DNA from: Schmidtea polychroa
Lineage: Eukaryota
Direction: 5' to 3'
Length of the DNA stretch: 64,000 nt
NCBI GenBank assembly: GCA_044892525.1
Contig: CM097886.1
Coordinates: 27,218,001-27,282,000, forward strand
In this document: piece by piece, positions 50,168-63,918 of the stretch
How the letters are laid out: each line of letters opens with the position of its first letter
How positions within the stretch are numbered: the stretch's first letter is position 1
Notes under the pieces: generated by a model
The model's database searches: none
What the model saw: only the letters and a program-made list of their open reading frames with translations
What the model was told of the DNA's origin: nothing
Program-made: the position numbers and the translations under genes

Positions 50168-52376
50168 CTAATGGGAAAAACTACATTTTTTGTCACTTGC
50201 CAGCTTCTTAAAATCCGGTTTGAATAATGTTATTGCAATGCGCAAGCAGTGTTCCAATTTCTTACATCCTAAGCGCATTCTCTGTTTGTTCATAATAATG
50301 TTCATTGTCGAGAATGAGCTTTCACAAACATACGTTGAAGCAAACATGGTGAGTAGAGTTAATGCGATTTCACGAACAATCGGGTAACTGAACGCCGAAA
50401 GTATCCAAAAACTTCCAGGCTAACTTGTTTATCTTGTAACTGCGTCTTTAAATCCCCATTGCTTTGAAGATCTATAAGCTGAAGCAAGAAAGTGCTTTCG
50501 TCAATCCATGTATACGTTTCAGCAGCTACACGTGCAATACATCTTTCTTTACCGAGTGAGAAAGGGTTTGTAAGGAACAGGAGCAAAGTATCGTTAAATG
50601 TGAAGTTCTCAAATCGCTGTTTAAAATTTACAATCAATTTTCGAATAAAACAACTCATTTTAGCAACACATTCAACATTCAAATTAGATTTTGTTGCCTC
50701 TGCGAGGGTTGGAAAATGTAAAAATTCCCGACTTTCAATATCTTGTTCAAAAAATATTAGCTTATAATATTAGCTTATTAGATTATAATACGTTATAATA
50801 AAGATCGGCAACATTGTGTCCTCTTCCCTGCAACTTTGTGTTCAAATCGTTCAGATGGCCAGATATATCACATAAAAATGCAACATTCATCTTAAACTTA
50901 TCATCATCAAGTTTCTCTTTGAACACTGCTGCCTTTATTAATTTGCTAGTCGACAAAAACATTTTCACTTCGTCTTGTAGAGACCAGAGTCGTTGAAGTT
51001 TACTGAGCCATCTAACGTCATTGTGTGCTAATAAATCGCCATATTCAGCTTCAGTAAGAAATGATTTGAAAAGTCTATGTTGGAGTGATGAAGTTGATCG
51101 AATAAAGTTTATAAGTTTGATTGCGCTAGACATAGTATCAGCTAATTCTTCTGATAGTTGAGCGCACAGCACAGATTGGTGTATTATGCAATGAATTGTT
51201 GCAATGCATGGATTGTTATCAGCAAGCCTTTTTGATAGCCCATTCACTCTGCCATTCATGGCTGGTGCTCCATCAGTTGTCAAAGAGACCATTTTTTGCA
51301 AGTCGATTTGATTTTGAACAAAAAACATATGTATTATTTCGTTAATATCATTAGCTCCTGTGTGCTCCATCAGTGGCAGTAAACATAACAATTCCTCATA
51401 AAAGACATCTTTATAAAGAAACCGAACGTAAACGGCCAATTGTACCACATCATTTCCATCGGTTGATTCATCCACGGCAATTGCATATTTATCCACTGAT
51501 TTAAGCGCGGAGCAGAGGATCTCGAATGATTCCTCACCTAATATATCCACCCGTCGTCCGGTGGTCGTGTCTGATAGTGGAATGGTGTTGATAGTCGAAA
51601 TTATCTGCGCTTTTTCATTATCGCTAAATACTGAGTCTATTACTTCCCGCATACATTCTTTTACTATTTCAGCATCACTAAATGGTTTCTTATTCTTTGC
51701 AAGAGTCCATGAAACTCTCAGGAAGGCCTCCATTGCTCGTTCTTGATTCGATATGCTTTTTGTTAATATAAGTCGTGCACGTTTTAATGAAGATTGAATC
51801 GATTTTATTTTATCACGCCTGATAGTGGTATTTGGTGGGTATTCTTTCTCAAATTTGCTGTGCTTAGTTTCAAAATGTCTTTTCATATTCGACACTTTGT
51901 AAACTGCCACGCTTTCGTTGCACAACAAACAAACAGGTCGACTTCCAATTAACGGTATAACAAACAAAAATTTGTCTGTCCATGAATCATGAAATACTCT
52001 GTTCTCTGAATCAACTTTACGGTTACTGTTCATAAGTGGCATTGCATTCTTTAATTTTTTTAATTACAAAAAAATCAATTTTAATGTATTAATAAAATAT
52101 TTCAAATTGATGCGAATCTGCATTCAAAAATTATGGGGTAAGCAAGAAATGTATATCGCTTAAATATATTTTTTAAAAAACAACAAACCCATATTAGCTG
52201 ATCTATTTTAATACGCCTTAAGGTCAAATATTATACATAAAAAAGTACCTGTGCGCTTTTATGCAGATATCACCAAATATTTTTATATATGTGTAATATT
52301 CCAAGATATTGAAAGGGCCTTTTTCAAATTTCGGCGGGCTTGATCAGGCCCGCGGGCCGCCAGTTGAATATCCCTG
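50168..52376 (-). mobile_element. hAT (SPIN/Buster/GTF2IRD2-like) transposon: 5' TIR and frameshifted full-length transposase; 3' end lost
   Basis: TIR CAGGGATATTCAACTGGCGGCCCGCGGGCC ending at 52376. ORF 50783-52042 has CLLC..RHFETKH, IAVDESTD, TTDGAPAM, IHCIIHQ and VRWLS. It continues via 50359-50682 to MFASTYVCESSFS..FSH* at 50168. Confidence 0.93.
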
Positions 52377-52688
52377 CTATAGACCATATATAAATATAAT
52401 AAATTATGTTAAAGAAAAGATAATAATTATAAGTGATTGATTAATATTATATGATATAATATAATTCAAGGTTATAATAATAAGCACATATTTAGTATTA
52501 AATTATTTGTTAATTCTAATTTATAATGATTTATAATTTGATAATAATTTTTAAAAGTTATATTAAGTAATAATACATTTAGAGTTTCATACTTTTCATA
52601 TAATAATATTAATACATAATATAATAATATTATATATAATAATAATATATAATAATATTTCAAATAATAATATTAATATAAAAGTTTG

Positions 52689-53413
52689 CTAGTGTTTAGT
52701 ATATTGTCCAGATATGCTGTAACTAGCTATAGCTGCTGTTTTCATGCATTTTTTAGAAAGTGTATCTATTTCTTTGTCAGTAAGGCCTATTTCTCTTAAT
52801 GTTTTATTATTTTCATTATCCCATGTACCTAAGGTATCTACAACTAATGCGGATAATGTAATTTTTGTTTTATTTGCTTTACCAGTCTCTAGAGCCAGGC
52901 TTGTAGTTAGTTAGCATTTCTAATTGCTACAAAGTTTTCTAATGTGTCATAAGGCACTTTTATGTCTAATAGGTGTATTTTATTATTTCTGTTAGATTTA
53001 ATAATTAATTATGGTCTTAATGTTGTCGTAACTCTTGGTAGTGATTTCTCTATATCTACTTGGAATTGCTTTGATTTTAGGTATTCTTGTTTAACTTCTA
53101 ACAAATGGTTATGTTTGTTTCTCCTTGCGTTTTGAGTGTGTGTGCAATGGTTAAAAATGTGTGCCTTTGTTTCCCAGTCTATTTTACATAACCTACATAG
53201 TGTATTTTGCTTTTCTTTATGCCTATTTATGCTATAGTTTAGACTGAGAATATTATTTTTTGCTTTAACCAAAAAGTAATATTGATTAATCTGTTCTTGT
53301 TTTTTATTGGGGTATGCTGATATATTATTATTTCCTATTGTTTTGGCTATATGCCCTTGGTGTATCATAGTATACCATTTTTCAGCATACAACTTACTAG
53401 TTAATGTATGCAA
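52689..53413 (-). pseudogene. C-terminus of an RLE-type non-LTR retrotransposon (CCHC finger + restriction-like endonuclease)
   Basis: CRLCKIDWETKAHIFNHC..KHN..LRP*LII..LLDIKVP..DTLGTW, followed by an AT-rich tail. Confidence 0.85.
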
Positions 53414-53419
53414 TATTGA

Positions 53420-55210
53420 AGATGTGTTGGATTGGGAATTTGAACACTTCCAGTAAATCTTTTACTAACAATCCCACAATGATTTTCCCATCCCAGATTT
53501 TTCTGATTCTTTCGGCACAGTTTTCTCCATCAAACTGTTACTTCACTTTTGGTCATACCATGCTCATGCAATTGGTAATGTTTGACCTGTGATCTGGGGG
53601 TAACTCTAGTATTAAGGATTAAATCGCCGTTGAAATGCGAAATCGAAATTATCACTATTACTGGTTTGATGAATTGGCGTAATGTAGCGTAATGAGCTGC
53701 TACGAAAATGGTAAGATTATCTTCTTGTCTGGGGTCCAAACGCTTTCTCACAAAAGATTTGAAAGTTTTAATGTCATTGTCGTTGACGTTGTACATCCAA
53801 TTTGGCTCGTTGAACCATCTCGTTTGTGACTCCCTAACATGTTCTAAGATCTCCATTACGACGATGGTGTCCATCCCCTCACATAATAGTGAGATATTCA
53901 TTTCTCTCCCATCTCATTTTCGATTTCGAGCATTGAATGCTTTTGAAGCAAAATAGGGCTAGTGGCGCCAGAAACAAAGACCGTGAATGTTCTGTAAATG
54001 TCGTGAATTCACAGGTGGTTAGTTACACCATGTCTGCCAAACTCGAGCATGACATTGGTTAGCCTAATGCTGTCATTGTGCTTGCCCGGGATTTTTGTTA
54101 TTATCATTTGGCGTTTTGGAGCTTCGTCAAATTTAAAGTTGTTGGGAATAGCTGAGTAATAGCCGTAGAACCAATGCCGTTGCCCTTTTCTGCTTTATTC
54201 GGTTATTTGCTTTTCAAAATTTTTATAAATCAACTTCTCCTTGAGTAGGGTGTTAGAACGTATAATGCTATGTCTTCCTTGGTATTGTGATATTTGATGG
54301 CTCTGCATTCCTGAAATAAAAATGATTAACTAAAATATCAGATATTCATATGATTTTTTCCTCGGGGGAGTCTGTAATTGTCATAATTGCGACATCAGCA
54401 CTCTGTCGTAAGCACTTATGGCTTGTTTAAAATATAGCTTGGACCAAATGGCCATAGCTATCAGTGTGGTGCTAATGATAATACTGCCGATACCGTGATT
54501 CATACTCCTATGGGTACTTTCAGAATGTATTCGGCTTTAAAGTTTGTGGGAGCATTGCAATCACAACAATTCGTCAAATTTGGAGTCGACTGACAAGATA
54601 TTTGTTTGATAGGTGGTAATTGTCTAAGATGTTGCCACATCACGGAATGTATCACCATGTTCTCCCTGACTATTTTTTGTGTAATCTTTGTTGTAAAAGG
54701 TAATATCTCCTCAAATACCTCGAACACCCCGTGATCTCGACGGGTATCGGTGTCCTAATAATTCTTCGGTGATGTTTGGCTTCGCCGGTTTCTCTATCGA
54801 TTTCGCTTTTGAATTTGCTGGAATACCCTTTGGTGAAATTTTGCACCTTTTACACCGGTTGGCATGTACCATTATTGGTTCTGCTTTTCGATTGGCGACT
54901 AATTGTAGAATGAGATTTGTATCTGTGGTTCTCAATACCTCGTATGGCCCTTTGAAATTCCGCATGAGTTTTGGTGATAAGCCTTTCTTGTTGTAATGAC
55001 TTTCCAACATCACCTGGTCTCCAACCATCATGCCATGTTCCTTGGATTTTAGATCATAATAATCTTTCGATGCTTCCTGATTGAATTTTATACTGAACCT
55101 GCTTTAGCCCATGCTTCCTGCATCCTTTCCCTCATATCCATTAGATAATTATCTTGATCTAAATACTATCTTGCTTTGGGGAAAAATAACAGGTCCATTG
55201 GCATTTTACT
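53420..55210 (-). mobile_element. Ty3/Gypsy element copy 2: integrase tail, internally deleted env-position ORF, DEDD-like ORF
   Basis: Collinear with 47750-50155, with many synonymous differences; lacks the segment corresponding to 49316-49874 of copy 1. Confidence 0.9.
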
Positions 55211-55477
55211 TTGCCTCAGGTAGAGTTTTATAAAGGATTATCGAAACAAGATTTTCCTAAACTGAGAATATTTGCATCAGAAATGTTGTCAATTTTTGGC
55301 AGCTCATACATATGTGAACTAACTTATTCAAAAATGAAAAATGCAAAAACGAATAACAGAAATAAACTATCAGATAATCATTTGCGTGATATTTTAATAA
55401 TTGCAACGTCAAAAATAGAACCAAATATTACAAAACTGGCATCTTCCATGCAAGCGCATCCATCGCACCACCACTAA
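55211..55477 (+). pseudogene. hAT transposase C-terminal dimerisation-domain fragment
   Basis: EFYK..FPKLRIFASEMLSIFGSSYICELTYSKMK..RNKLSDNHL..IEPNITKL..QAHPSH. Confidence 0.88.
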
Positions 55478-56012
55478 ATATATATATAATATTTTGTATT
55501 TAATATTTTACAAAACTGAATTAAAAAGTTTTAATGACACACATACACAAGGGAACATCGACAGACGCACGCACGCGAGGCAATGGTTTAATGATGTGCT
55601 ATTGATGTAGAAGTTAGCCACGACTATCTAATGTCAATAAGGGAACAGTTTGAAGCTACTGTTAGCAAATTTAAGATAATCATATGAATAAATATATTGC
55701 TAGATCAGAGATCAAATAAAATAGGGTAAAGATTTATTGCTTTAAGTCTATGAGACAATCCCCTATCGTTCATTGATAAATTGAAAATACATAAAAAAAA
55801 ATTTCATGATATATATTTTATTAATGTTTTAGATATCATAAAGCAGTTGAATAATAATAATAATACCGAAATCACATTTCAAATATGGTGACAATCTTAT
55901 ATAAAAATATTTTTAAAATTTTCGTAGAGGTCCATCATCACATTTGCATAATCAAAAAATTCACATCAAAACATATTTCTAGGATGAAAAAATTTTTTTT
56001 AAGGGGGAGATA

Positions 56013-57039
56013 TGTTGAGGTCTGTAAATTAAAATAAATTTAAATGAAATTTAGGTTGAAAATTTAAATAAAAAGTAAATGAAGAAAAAAGACAAATAAA
56101 AGCGTGATCATACACAGAATTGATAGTGAAGGAAAGTATGATGGAATGGAAAAAGCAGTTACAAAAGGCAAGAATCCGGAAATCCGAGAAAAATCAATAA
56201 ATTGTAAAATCATCGAAATCGTATTGGGAAAACGGAACAGGTAGAGATTAGCTAATGGTCAACTAGATGATGATTAGGGATTCATCAGAAAATGGTTAGG
56301 AAGGGTCGAAAAACATTTAAATGTGTTAAAACAGAAAACGTTAATTAATTAATTAATTGGCTAATAGAAAACCCGAGCCAATGGAGAACCCGAGAGATGA
56401 AGGAAACCCGAGCTGGGTAAAAATAGAGAAAAATAAATAGAAGGAAGATTTGTGCCCATTAGCGTGACACAATGATTAATTGGAAAAGAACAAGGAAAAG
56501 ATTGTGCGTGCAGAAAGGCCGGACGGGCCATTAATTATCTTTGTTCGTTGGACCATTATGGTTGACAGTCGAAGCAGATATGTGGAAGCGAATGTCAAGT
56601 GAGAGATTGGTTCAGCAATAACCATTTGTCATCCTGATTTCTAAGAGTATATAAGGAATGGAAAAATCAGAGCAAATCGGCATTTTGCCTCAGTTAGGGT
56701 AAGTAGAAACGAGAATAGGCGAAACGTAAAAACAAATTAAGGAGATTAGGGAAAAAGAAGATAGAATAAGAATAAGAGAAGGTGAAAAAGGATCGAATCA
56801 AAGAGAAAAAGGAAATCGTTGGTCGAGAGAACCTAAGGAAATAAAAGGTGAATATTATCTTTTGTCAGAGCATCAACACCGAGCTGAGAATCGGTCAAAC
56901 TTAACTTTGATTATTTATTGTTTATTGTTGAGAAAAAATTATATTTTTGTGATTCAAATATACGTTGGGTAGTTATTGTTTTGATTAAAAGGACACGAGG
57001 AGTCAGTGGTTACCGACTTAAATTAACTAAAACCCAACA
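56013..57039 (+). repeat. Gypsy-type 3' LTR preceded by a polypurine tract
   Basis: PPT AAGGGGGAGATA (56001-56012), then TGTTGAGGTC...AAACCCAACA; GGAGTCAG motif near the 3' end. Confidence 0.75.
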
Positions 57040-57343
57040 AATTCATTTAACTTTATATAAATTAAATTTACTTCTATTTAATTTTGTTCTAACTCTGCTT
57101 TACAAGTTACAGTCTTACATTAGTTGCTAGCAATAATTTTATATGGACGCTGGACTGGGCCGGGCCTCAGTTTGAATTGCAGCCAGGGGCCCCGTGCAAG
57201 CTTAATCCGCCCCTGGCTCACCGGCAGAGATTATACCTGTCCAAAATTAATAATTAATCTTATATATCCTAAAAATTTAACTTCTAAATGTCAATAAAAA
57301 AAGATATGTAAATTTGAATTTGAATTTGGTAGTATTTAGATAA

Positions 57344-57494
57344 ATAATAACTTGTAGGTTTCATTGATTAGAACAAATTTTTACAATTAGAATTTAGTTA
57401 CTGGTCTAATATGATTTAGATCTATAATAAATTGTAGGTTTCATTGACTACAACAAATTTTTATAATTCGAATTTAGTTACTGTTCTAATATGA
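57344..57494. repeat. Two-copy tandem duplication (about 80-bp period)
   Basis: TTGTAGGTTTCATTGA..AACAAATTTTTA..AATTTAGTTACTG..CTAATATGA occurs twice. Confidence 0.85.
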
Positions 57495-57649
57495 CCCGGT
57501 TAACTCCTATCAATTAATAAATAATATGTACATAGCACATTGTGTGATAATCTCCCTCCATATTTCTATTTTTAAAAGTGAAACCTTTCACGAGTTGGAA
57601 GGAAGCGATGGGATCGAAAGAGTCGTAATATTATCTTTGGTATTAATAG

Positions 57650-58638
57650 TGTTAGGTTCGAAGCGGTATTCGATCTAACACAAAAGGGTTCGACTCCACA
57701 AATTATGTAATAGGTGAATATTTTGCGTGAATATTTTGATAATAAATAAATAACAATATAATTTATACTAAAATTTTATTTAAAACTAATTAAATTACAA
57801 GAAAAATTTGATAGACTAAAAAGGAAACTGGCTGCTCTCAAAGTTAAGATATCGGTTATTCAAACCGCCCTGAAGATTATTTCTAAGTATCAAGGCTGGC
57901 CCTAAATGCGCCAACAGCCCGATATAGGTTCAAGGATAAAGAAGAGGGATTTCTGAAATTTAAGCTCGATACTATTAACCCAGATAAATGGTTAATAGCT
58001 TTATTTAAACCAGTCAAAACAGCTACAAAAAGTGTTGACTGATGACTGAACCCTTTAGATATATTTATATATTTAAAATTGAATAATTATTTTAACTGTA
58101 AATTATTAATAGACTAACTAAGATTATCACCTAAATTGTGGTGAATAAATTAGACAATAAAATCCGCAATAGATATTCCAATCGAAAAATTTCCAAACTG
58201 TTTTTTTTCTAATCACTGATCGATAAATATTAGGCTAATAAATTCCGATGAAAATTAAAACTATCGTGATTGGTTGCTAAAATTAACTTTGATTTGGATT
58301 TATTAATAGTGAGCCTCCTAAAAAATATATTCTTTTCTCGTATCTCTTATTATTCCCCCTAAACTAAAATTTATAACAGTATTTATATTATTTTTTATTT
58401 AAGCTATTCTATAAATAGTAATTGTTTAATTACTATTTTTACTACTTGTTTTTATTTAATTACTATTTTTTATTAATAATCTAAATATAGTAATTGTTTA
58501 TTACTATTTATATTTCGTTTCTAACATTAGTAATTATTTTCTATTTTAGGTAGTTTTATAATACTATTTTTAATTTATTTTTGTTTCTTTCCTATCCTGT
58601 CTTTATTTCCCTATCTTGGCTCCTATTGAACCCCAACA
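57650..58638 (-). mobile_element. Gypsy solo LTR (989 bp)
   Basis: TGTTAGGTTCG...GAACCCCAACA termini with a 4-bp TSD ATAG (57646-57649 and 58639-58642); related to the LTR at 45660-46570. Confidence 0.92.
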
Positions 58639-60438
58639 ATAGTGCTAGCTGTGTGTTGTAATTTAGTCATGCCTTACCAACAAAAGCGCCGTATCTTTGT
58701 CAAGGACAACGTCTCGTCAACGGAGGTACCCCATGAGTCTACTACGGATCACAACGTAGTTCCTCTCTCTTCTCACGGGGACACATTCGACCAATCCCTG
58801 GTCAGGCTCCTTACTAGGTGGATCTGGTATAAGATCCACGAACGGATGTACGAAGATATCCCGTTGGTGGACCCAAACGTCGAACCGTACCTCAATCAGA
58901 CCAAGCTAGACCTGATGGGTGCCTTCGACGACGTTCGGTTCGCGGTGGATCGGCTATGGCGAGTTAGAAGATCTCGGCGGAATGGAAAGGTTACACTGCC
59001 TCCCCAGCAGAACCAAGGCCATCCAGCGAGGATTGGACTTCCTGCGGAAGAGGATAGGTGAACCCCGGGAAACGAGGTCGACCCCGAAAAGTGCTGCCGG
59101 GTTATTGAAGCCCTCCTGACGATGTATCTTTTCGCGATTGAGATGTACTCGCTTAACTGTCTCTGTATTTTACTATCACTGATTCTCAATTGACTACATT
59201 TGCGTAACCCGCGTCTCTGTATTGTGACTCCTTTGATGTTATTAATTTTTATTTCTCAACGCATGTTAACAATACAAACTGTTTTATGTCATTTTTATAA
59301 TATATTTCGGTTTTATTAAATATTATCTAATTTGGGAATCGTTTTAAGGACTCGTTGACCCCATTGTTCATTACCCTGTAAGAACTTAAATTTTATTTAG
59401 TATTATTATTTAGTATTATATAGATAGCTTATTGTAAATTTATAATAAAATTTTTAAGATTGTTCAATTATTTTTCTTATTATTCTGAACCGACTATTTA
59501 ATATATGTACATCGGAGATATAGTTGCATTTTTTGATTGTTACAATGATCTATCAGGCATTTTATCTACTTCTATTGAGGATTGTTGGATTTTACATTTG
59601 TTTGTCGATAAAACATTTGCAAATAAGCAACGATAATATAATTCATTTAATTATCGATATAAGCTTAGAAATTTGTTATTATCGTATGTTTGGCCTCATT
59701 GTGCGTCTGGTTCATTATTAAAGAAACTTCTCCAGACAAAACAACTTGCGATAGAAAAAAAGCAGTATGTAAAGGCATACAATTAATTTCAACGAAGAAT
59801 TTATTGTAATTAACATTGTTGAAGATCTTGACCATCATCATAGATATCATTGTAAATAAGACGAAAGTTTCTGTTTCCTGCATTTCTGGCATATTTGATC
59901 CATTGATTTTGACTCAATTTCAGTGACTTCGTTAGACATGTTTGAATTTGATGATTTTTTAAATTGAATTTGATGATGATTTTCGAAAAAGTCCAAAGTA
60001 AAGGATTATTTAAACAATCGTTTTTAATTTTTTATTTTAATTTAATAATATATTTTAGTTCAATTATTAAATTTATAAAAGTGCTAGTCAGAGGCACTAC
60101 ACAGTACACGAAAATGTTAAATTATTAGAATATCTGTAAAAGTTCAATCGAATTGGATGATGAAAAAAATGAACCAAACAAACTTGTAGGCAATAACACT
60201 CCAATATTGTTTCATTCAGATCGCAACTGTAGTTATCTCTAGTCCTACCAATGAAGATAATTTTTCGACAGCCAAGTAGGACAAAAACACATCAGTGGCC
60301 AAATAAAAATAAAAAACTTTGGTAATACACTCATTGATTTCTAGAGTATATTATTTCTAACTAGCGTTATTGTACTTTCTTGGCTCATTAATAGTTACAA
60401 AAGATTCTGCTTCGGATTGAGTAGTTTTCAAATTTAAT

Positions 60439-60960
60439 TCAATTTTCATTGATATTTCTAATCAATTTGTCGAAGTTGTTGAAATCGGCATAAAATAAAG
60501 CTTTTTTGATCTCCTTTTTCACCCCCGTCAAAAATTGGTCGCAACAATTCTTCCACTTGTTTCCCCACATCAGCTTGTTCAGTGTCACTTCAAAAGCTTC
60601 TTTAGCAAGAGTTGTTAAATGATAAGCAAATTCACTTACCGACTCATCTGGCCTTTGCACTTGACTGTAAAATTTTGGGCGCATTATTAAATTTATGTCA
60701 CATCCGATTAACTTGGCTGCCAAGACATCTTTCAGCTTTGTCCAATCATTTGCGATGGTGCTTTTTTCAATCTGTTGCCAAGCCTCTCATGCTATTTCTT
60801 TAAATACAATGTTGACCGTTGCACCATAATTGATTGGCTCCATCCAACAAAGTTTGCGTACATATAGTAGTCTGTCATTCAATCAACAAATTCAACCGGG
60901 TCTTCTCCATACTGATCAACTGCCAGTCTCTGACAGCTTGCATAATTATTGCAATTATTT
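60439..60960 (-). pseudogene. Gypsy gag capsid-like fragment
   Basis: FYSQVQRPDESVSEFAYHLTTLAKEAF..DQFLTGVKKEIKKAL is Retrotrans_gag-like. Confidence 0.7.
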
Positions 60961-62929
60961 GGTGGAAATGTAGACAAAGTTTTTTGGATAGTAGATACAG
61001 GGTTTGAATAGTAGACGCAGGTTTTTCCTCATTATTATTTGAATTGCTCACTATTTTTCCAAATTGTTTCTTGTTTCGAAAATTATAAAATCTGTTTTGT
61101 ACAACTTCTTCTCGTCTAAATTTTAAAATATTACAATTTTTAATCTTACTTTTTTTTTAATTTTGTATTAATTTTTTGACAATTTTCTTTACAAATTCTT
61201 TCGTAACTTTTCATAATGGCTTCTCAATATTTTCAAAACTCTGTACTTTATTTTAATTACAACAATTATTTTTTAAGCTCAATCACGATAATTTATTTTC
61301 TCTATTACTCTGGTTTCTACTTTCTCAATAACTTTTCACTTAAAAATCAACTGTTCACTTTAAAATTTTCAAAAATTCGATAATACTTCACAATCGTTAT
61401 TGTAAGTGTTAATCACCTTTCTGGTACAATACACTATAATTTTCCTTAGATTAACTTGAATTAATTTCTCTTTGAATCTCTTTGATTTTCGTAAGTCCTC
61501 GCTAAATTTGTTTCTTCGACCAACTGGTAACTCGTCTTTTTTCAGCTTTTCCTTTAATACTTTTCTAAAAGGCATTATCAATATTACATTAATTCTTCTA
61601 TGGATTACCGACATTTTCTAATGATTATCAGCATTTACCCAACCGTTCTTTTAATCCTGGTGGGGATTACCGCTATTCCTATAACGCATTGTTTACCATT
61701 TATTTTAATCTTCTTTTATTTACATTTATTTGTTATCCTACTAATTTTTTTCTCATAGCTTGAATTTCCCGTTGCCTCTTGCTTCCCATCAGCGAATATA
61801 AGATGGTTTCTGGATTTATTTCATGATTTCGTGTTTAACCATACCAATTCCCCTAGATATTAATTTTCCATTTTATAAATTTTAATTAATTTTTGCACTT
61901 TTGTTATTTTGGTGTTTTTATTGACTTTTATTTTTTTATTATTGTTTAATAATGGTTAGTTTTCTTGCCGTGTAGTAAAAACATGTTTAAAGAATATTGC
62001 AAATATTCTTGCCGTAATGTGTTCAGTTAAAAAAAATATTGGCAAGAATTTTACCAAGGAATTAAATTTAAATAAATTAATAAATTGTATTTTCCAAGGT
62101 CTTGATATGTTCACAAATATCGAAAACCGATATTATAAAATTTTTCAACAAAAAACAAACAAAGCACTATTAACATTAAAATATAAAAACAAAGACAAAA
62201 ACAACTAATATATTTATTATATATTTATTAACAGGAATATTATATGCTCGACACAGGTGAAGCGCTGGGTTCAAGATGATTTTGATTGTTATCCGATGAT
62301 AAATGCAGTATATACTCGCGCATTGAATCCATGCATTGATTCCCAACATCTATTAATATATCTTTCAAAATTGATTCTAATTTCACTTTCAATTCTGGCG
62401 ATTTACTATACACAAAATACAATCAATTATAAATATTAAATAAATCACAAAAAAAGAGCAACTAAAATTGAAAAACCAGGTTTTTGCTTTATAAATAAAA
62501 AAGCACTATAACTTACTTTAAAATCGCAATAAAACGAGTATTTTAAAATTCATTTCTACAACAATGCTTATGAGAAACATTAAATAGAGAATATTCATTT
62601 TTATCCATTCAATTTTAACCATCAAATTGTTTCTTTAAATTTTTAATAATTTCAATTTTGTTTTTGTTGATTAATAATAAAATATAAATATAGCAACTAA
62701 ATTTTCTGAAATAATCATTTTCTCTTGAAATTGTATAATTTTAGGCAATAGATTAATAATCTTCTATTTCATCGTGAATATCAATAAATTCAAATTTTAT
62801 AGAATCTATCATTCTGTAAATATCATTCTCTCATAAATCCTGTAAATAATATCCAAAATTAATAATAATCTGGCATAAATGATATAATCATATGTTTTGT
62901 GCAAGACTAGTAAAACAGAAATCATTGGC

Positions 62930-63300
62930 TTAAATCCAGCAATCATCAGTGAGGAAATATTTATTATTTGATTTCTCGACTTTAAATATGAAATCTGCTG
63001 GAAAATATCGTTGATGGACTTAAATTACTACACCAACCAATCAGCAGTCAGGAAATAGTTAATTTTTGATTTCTCGACATTTAATAATAAATCTGTTGGA
63101 AAAAAATAGTTTGATTAATTTAAATTATTAAATCAACCAATCATTAATCAGTAAATATTTAATATTTGATTTCTCAACTTTTAACATGAAATCTGCTGGA
63201 AAATATCGTTGGATTGACTTAAATTATTAAATTAACCAATCAGCAGTCAGGAAATATTTAAAAATTTGATTTCTTGATTTTTATTATAAAATCAGCCGGG
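62930..63300. repeat. Minisatellite, about 99-100-bp unit x4, with dimeric higher-order pattern
   Basis: CAATCA..CAG..AAATA recurs at about 62940, 63039, 63139 and 63237; alternate units are more alike. Confidence 0.85.
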
Positions 63301-63918
63301 AAAAAATCTTTTCAAAGAGAAACTGAAATTCTATTTTTAATTTTCAAATATATAATATAATACTACAAATATTAACGGGCCAATCTTGAAAATAATATTT
63401 AATACGAATAAAAGTGTGCAGGACTAGTAAAAAAGAGTAATATCAGTGAATGACAGAGAACACTTAATTGAAATATAAATGACTATGAAAATATAAAATA
63501 GACATAATTACCGAATCAAAACACTGATAACACTAGAATACGTTTCACTGTCCTTTTTATAAGCCTAAAATAAAAAAAATCAATTATTTACCATTGGGTT
63601 TAATAATCAATAAACTTTTTCAATATTTTCAACTTTCATTTTTAAAAGTTTAAGACTTTTTTCATTATTTAACTTTTCTGTTGCAGATACAGGGATTTTC
63701 GTTTTCGATTTTATATTTTGATCTAAAAAAATCAATTGTAATTAAATTATCACCACAAATAAAGTAAGTTATCATTAGGATTGTTAGAAATTTAAAATCT
63801 ATACACATACACATACATTTATACTTATCAAGAGAAAAAGAATTTTTTTTTATTTCATACTACTTATGAATTATCAGTAGAATTAGAATCTCGGAAATCA
63901 CAATTCATCAATATATAA

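Noticed and set aside
57146-57215. Possible MITE ending TAATCCGCCCCTG
   Set aside because: Only one TIR-like end and no TSD.
45660-58638. Idea that the LTRs at 45660 and 57650 are the two ends of one element
   Set aside because: The 57650 LTR has its own 4-bp TSD (solo LTR), and the two LTRs are too divergent.
62017-62422. Possible convergent terminal exons of two host genes
   Set aside because: No homology or upstream exons could be supported.
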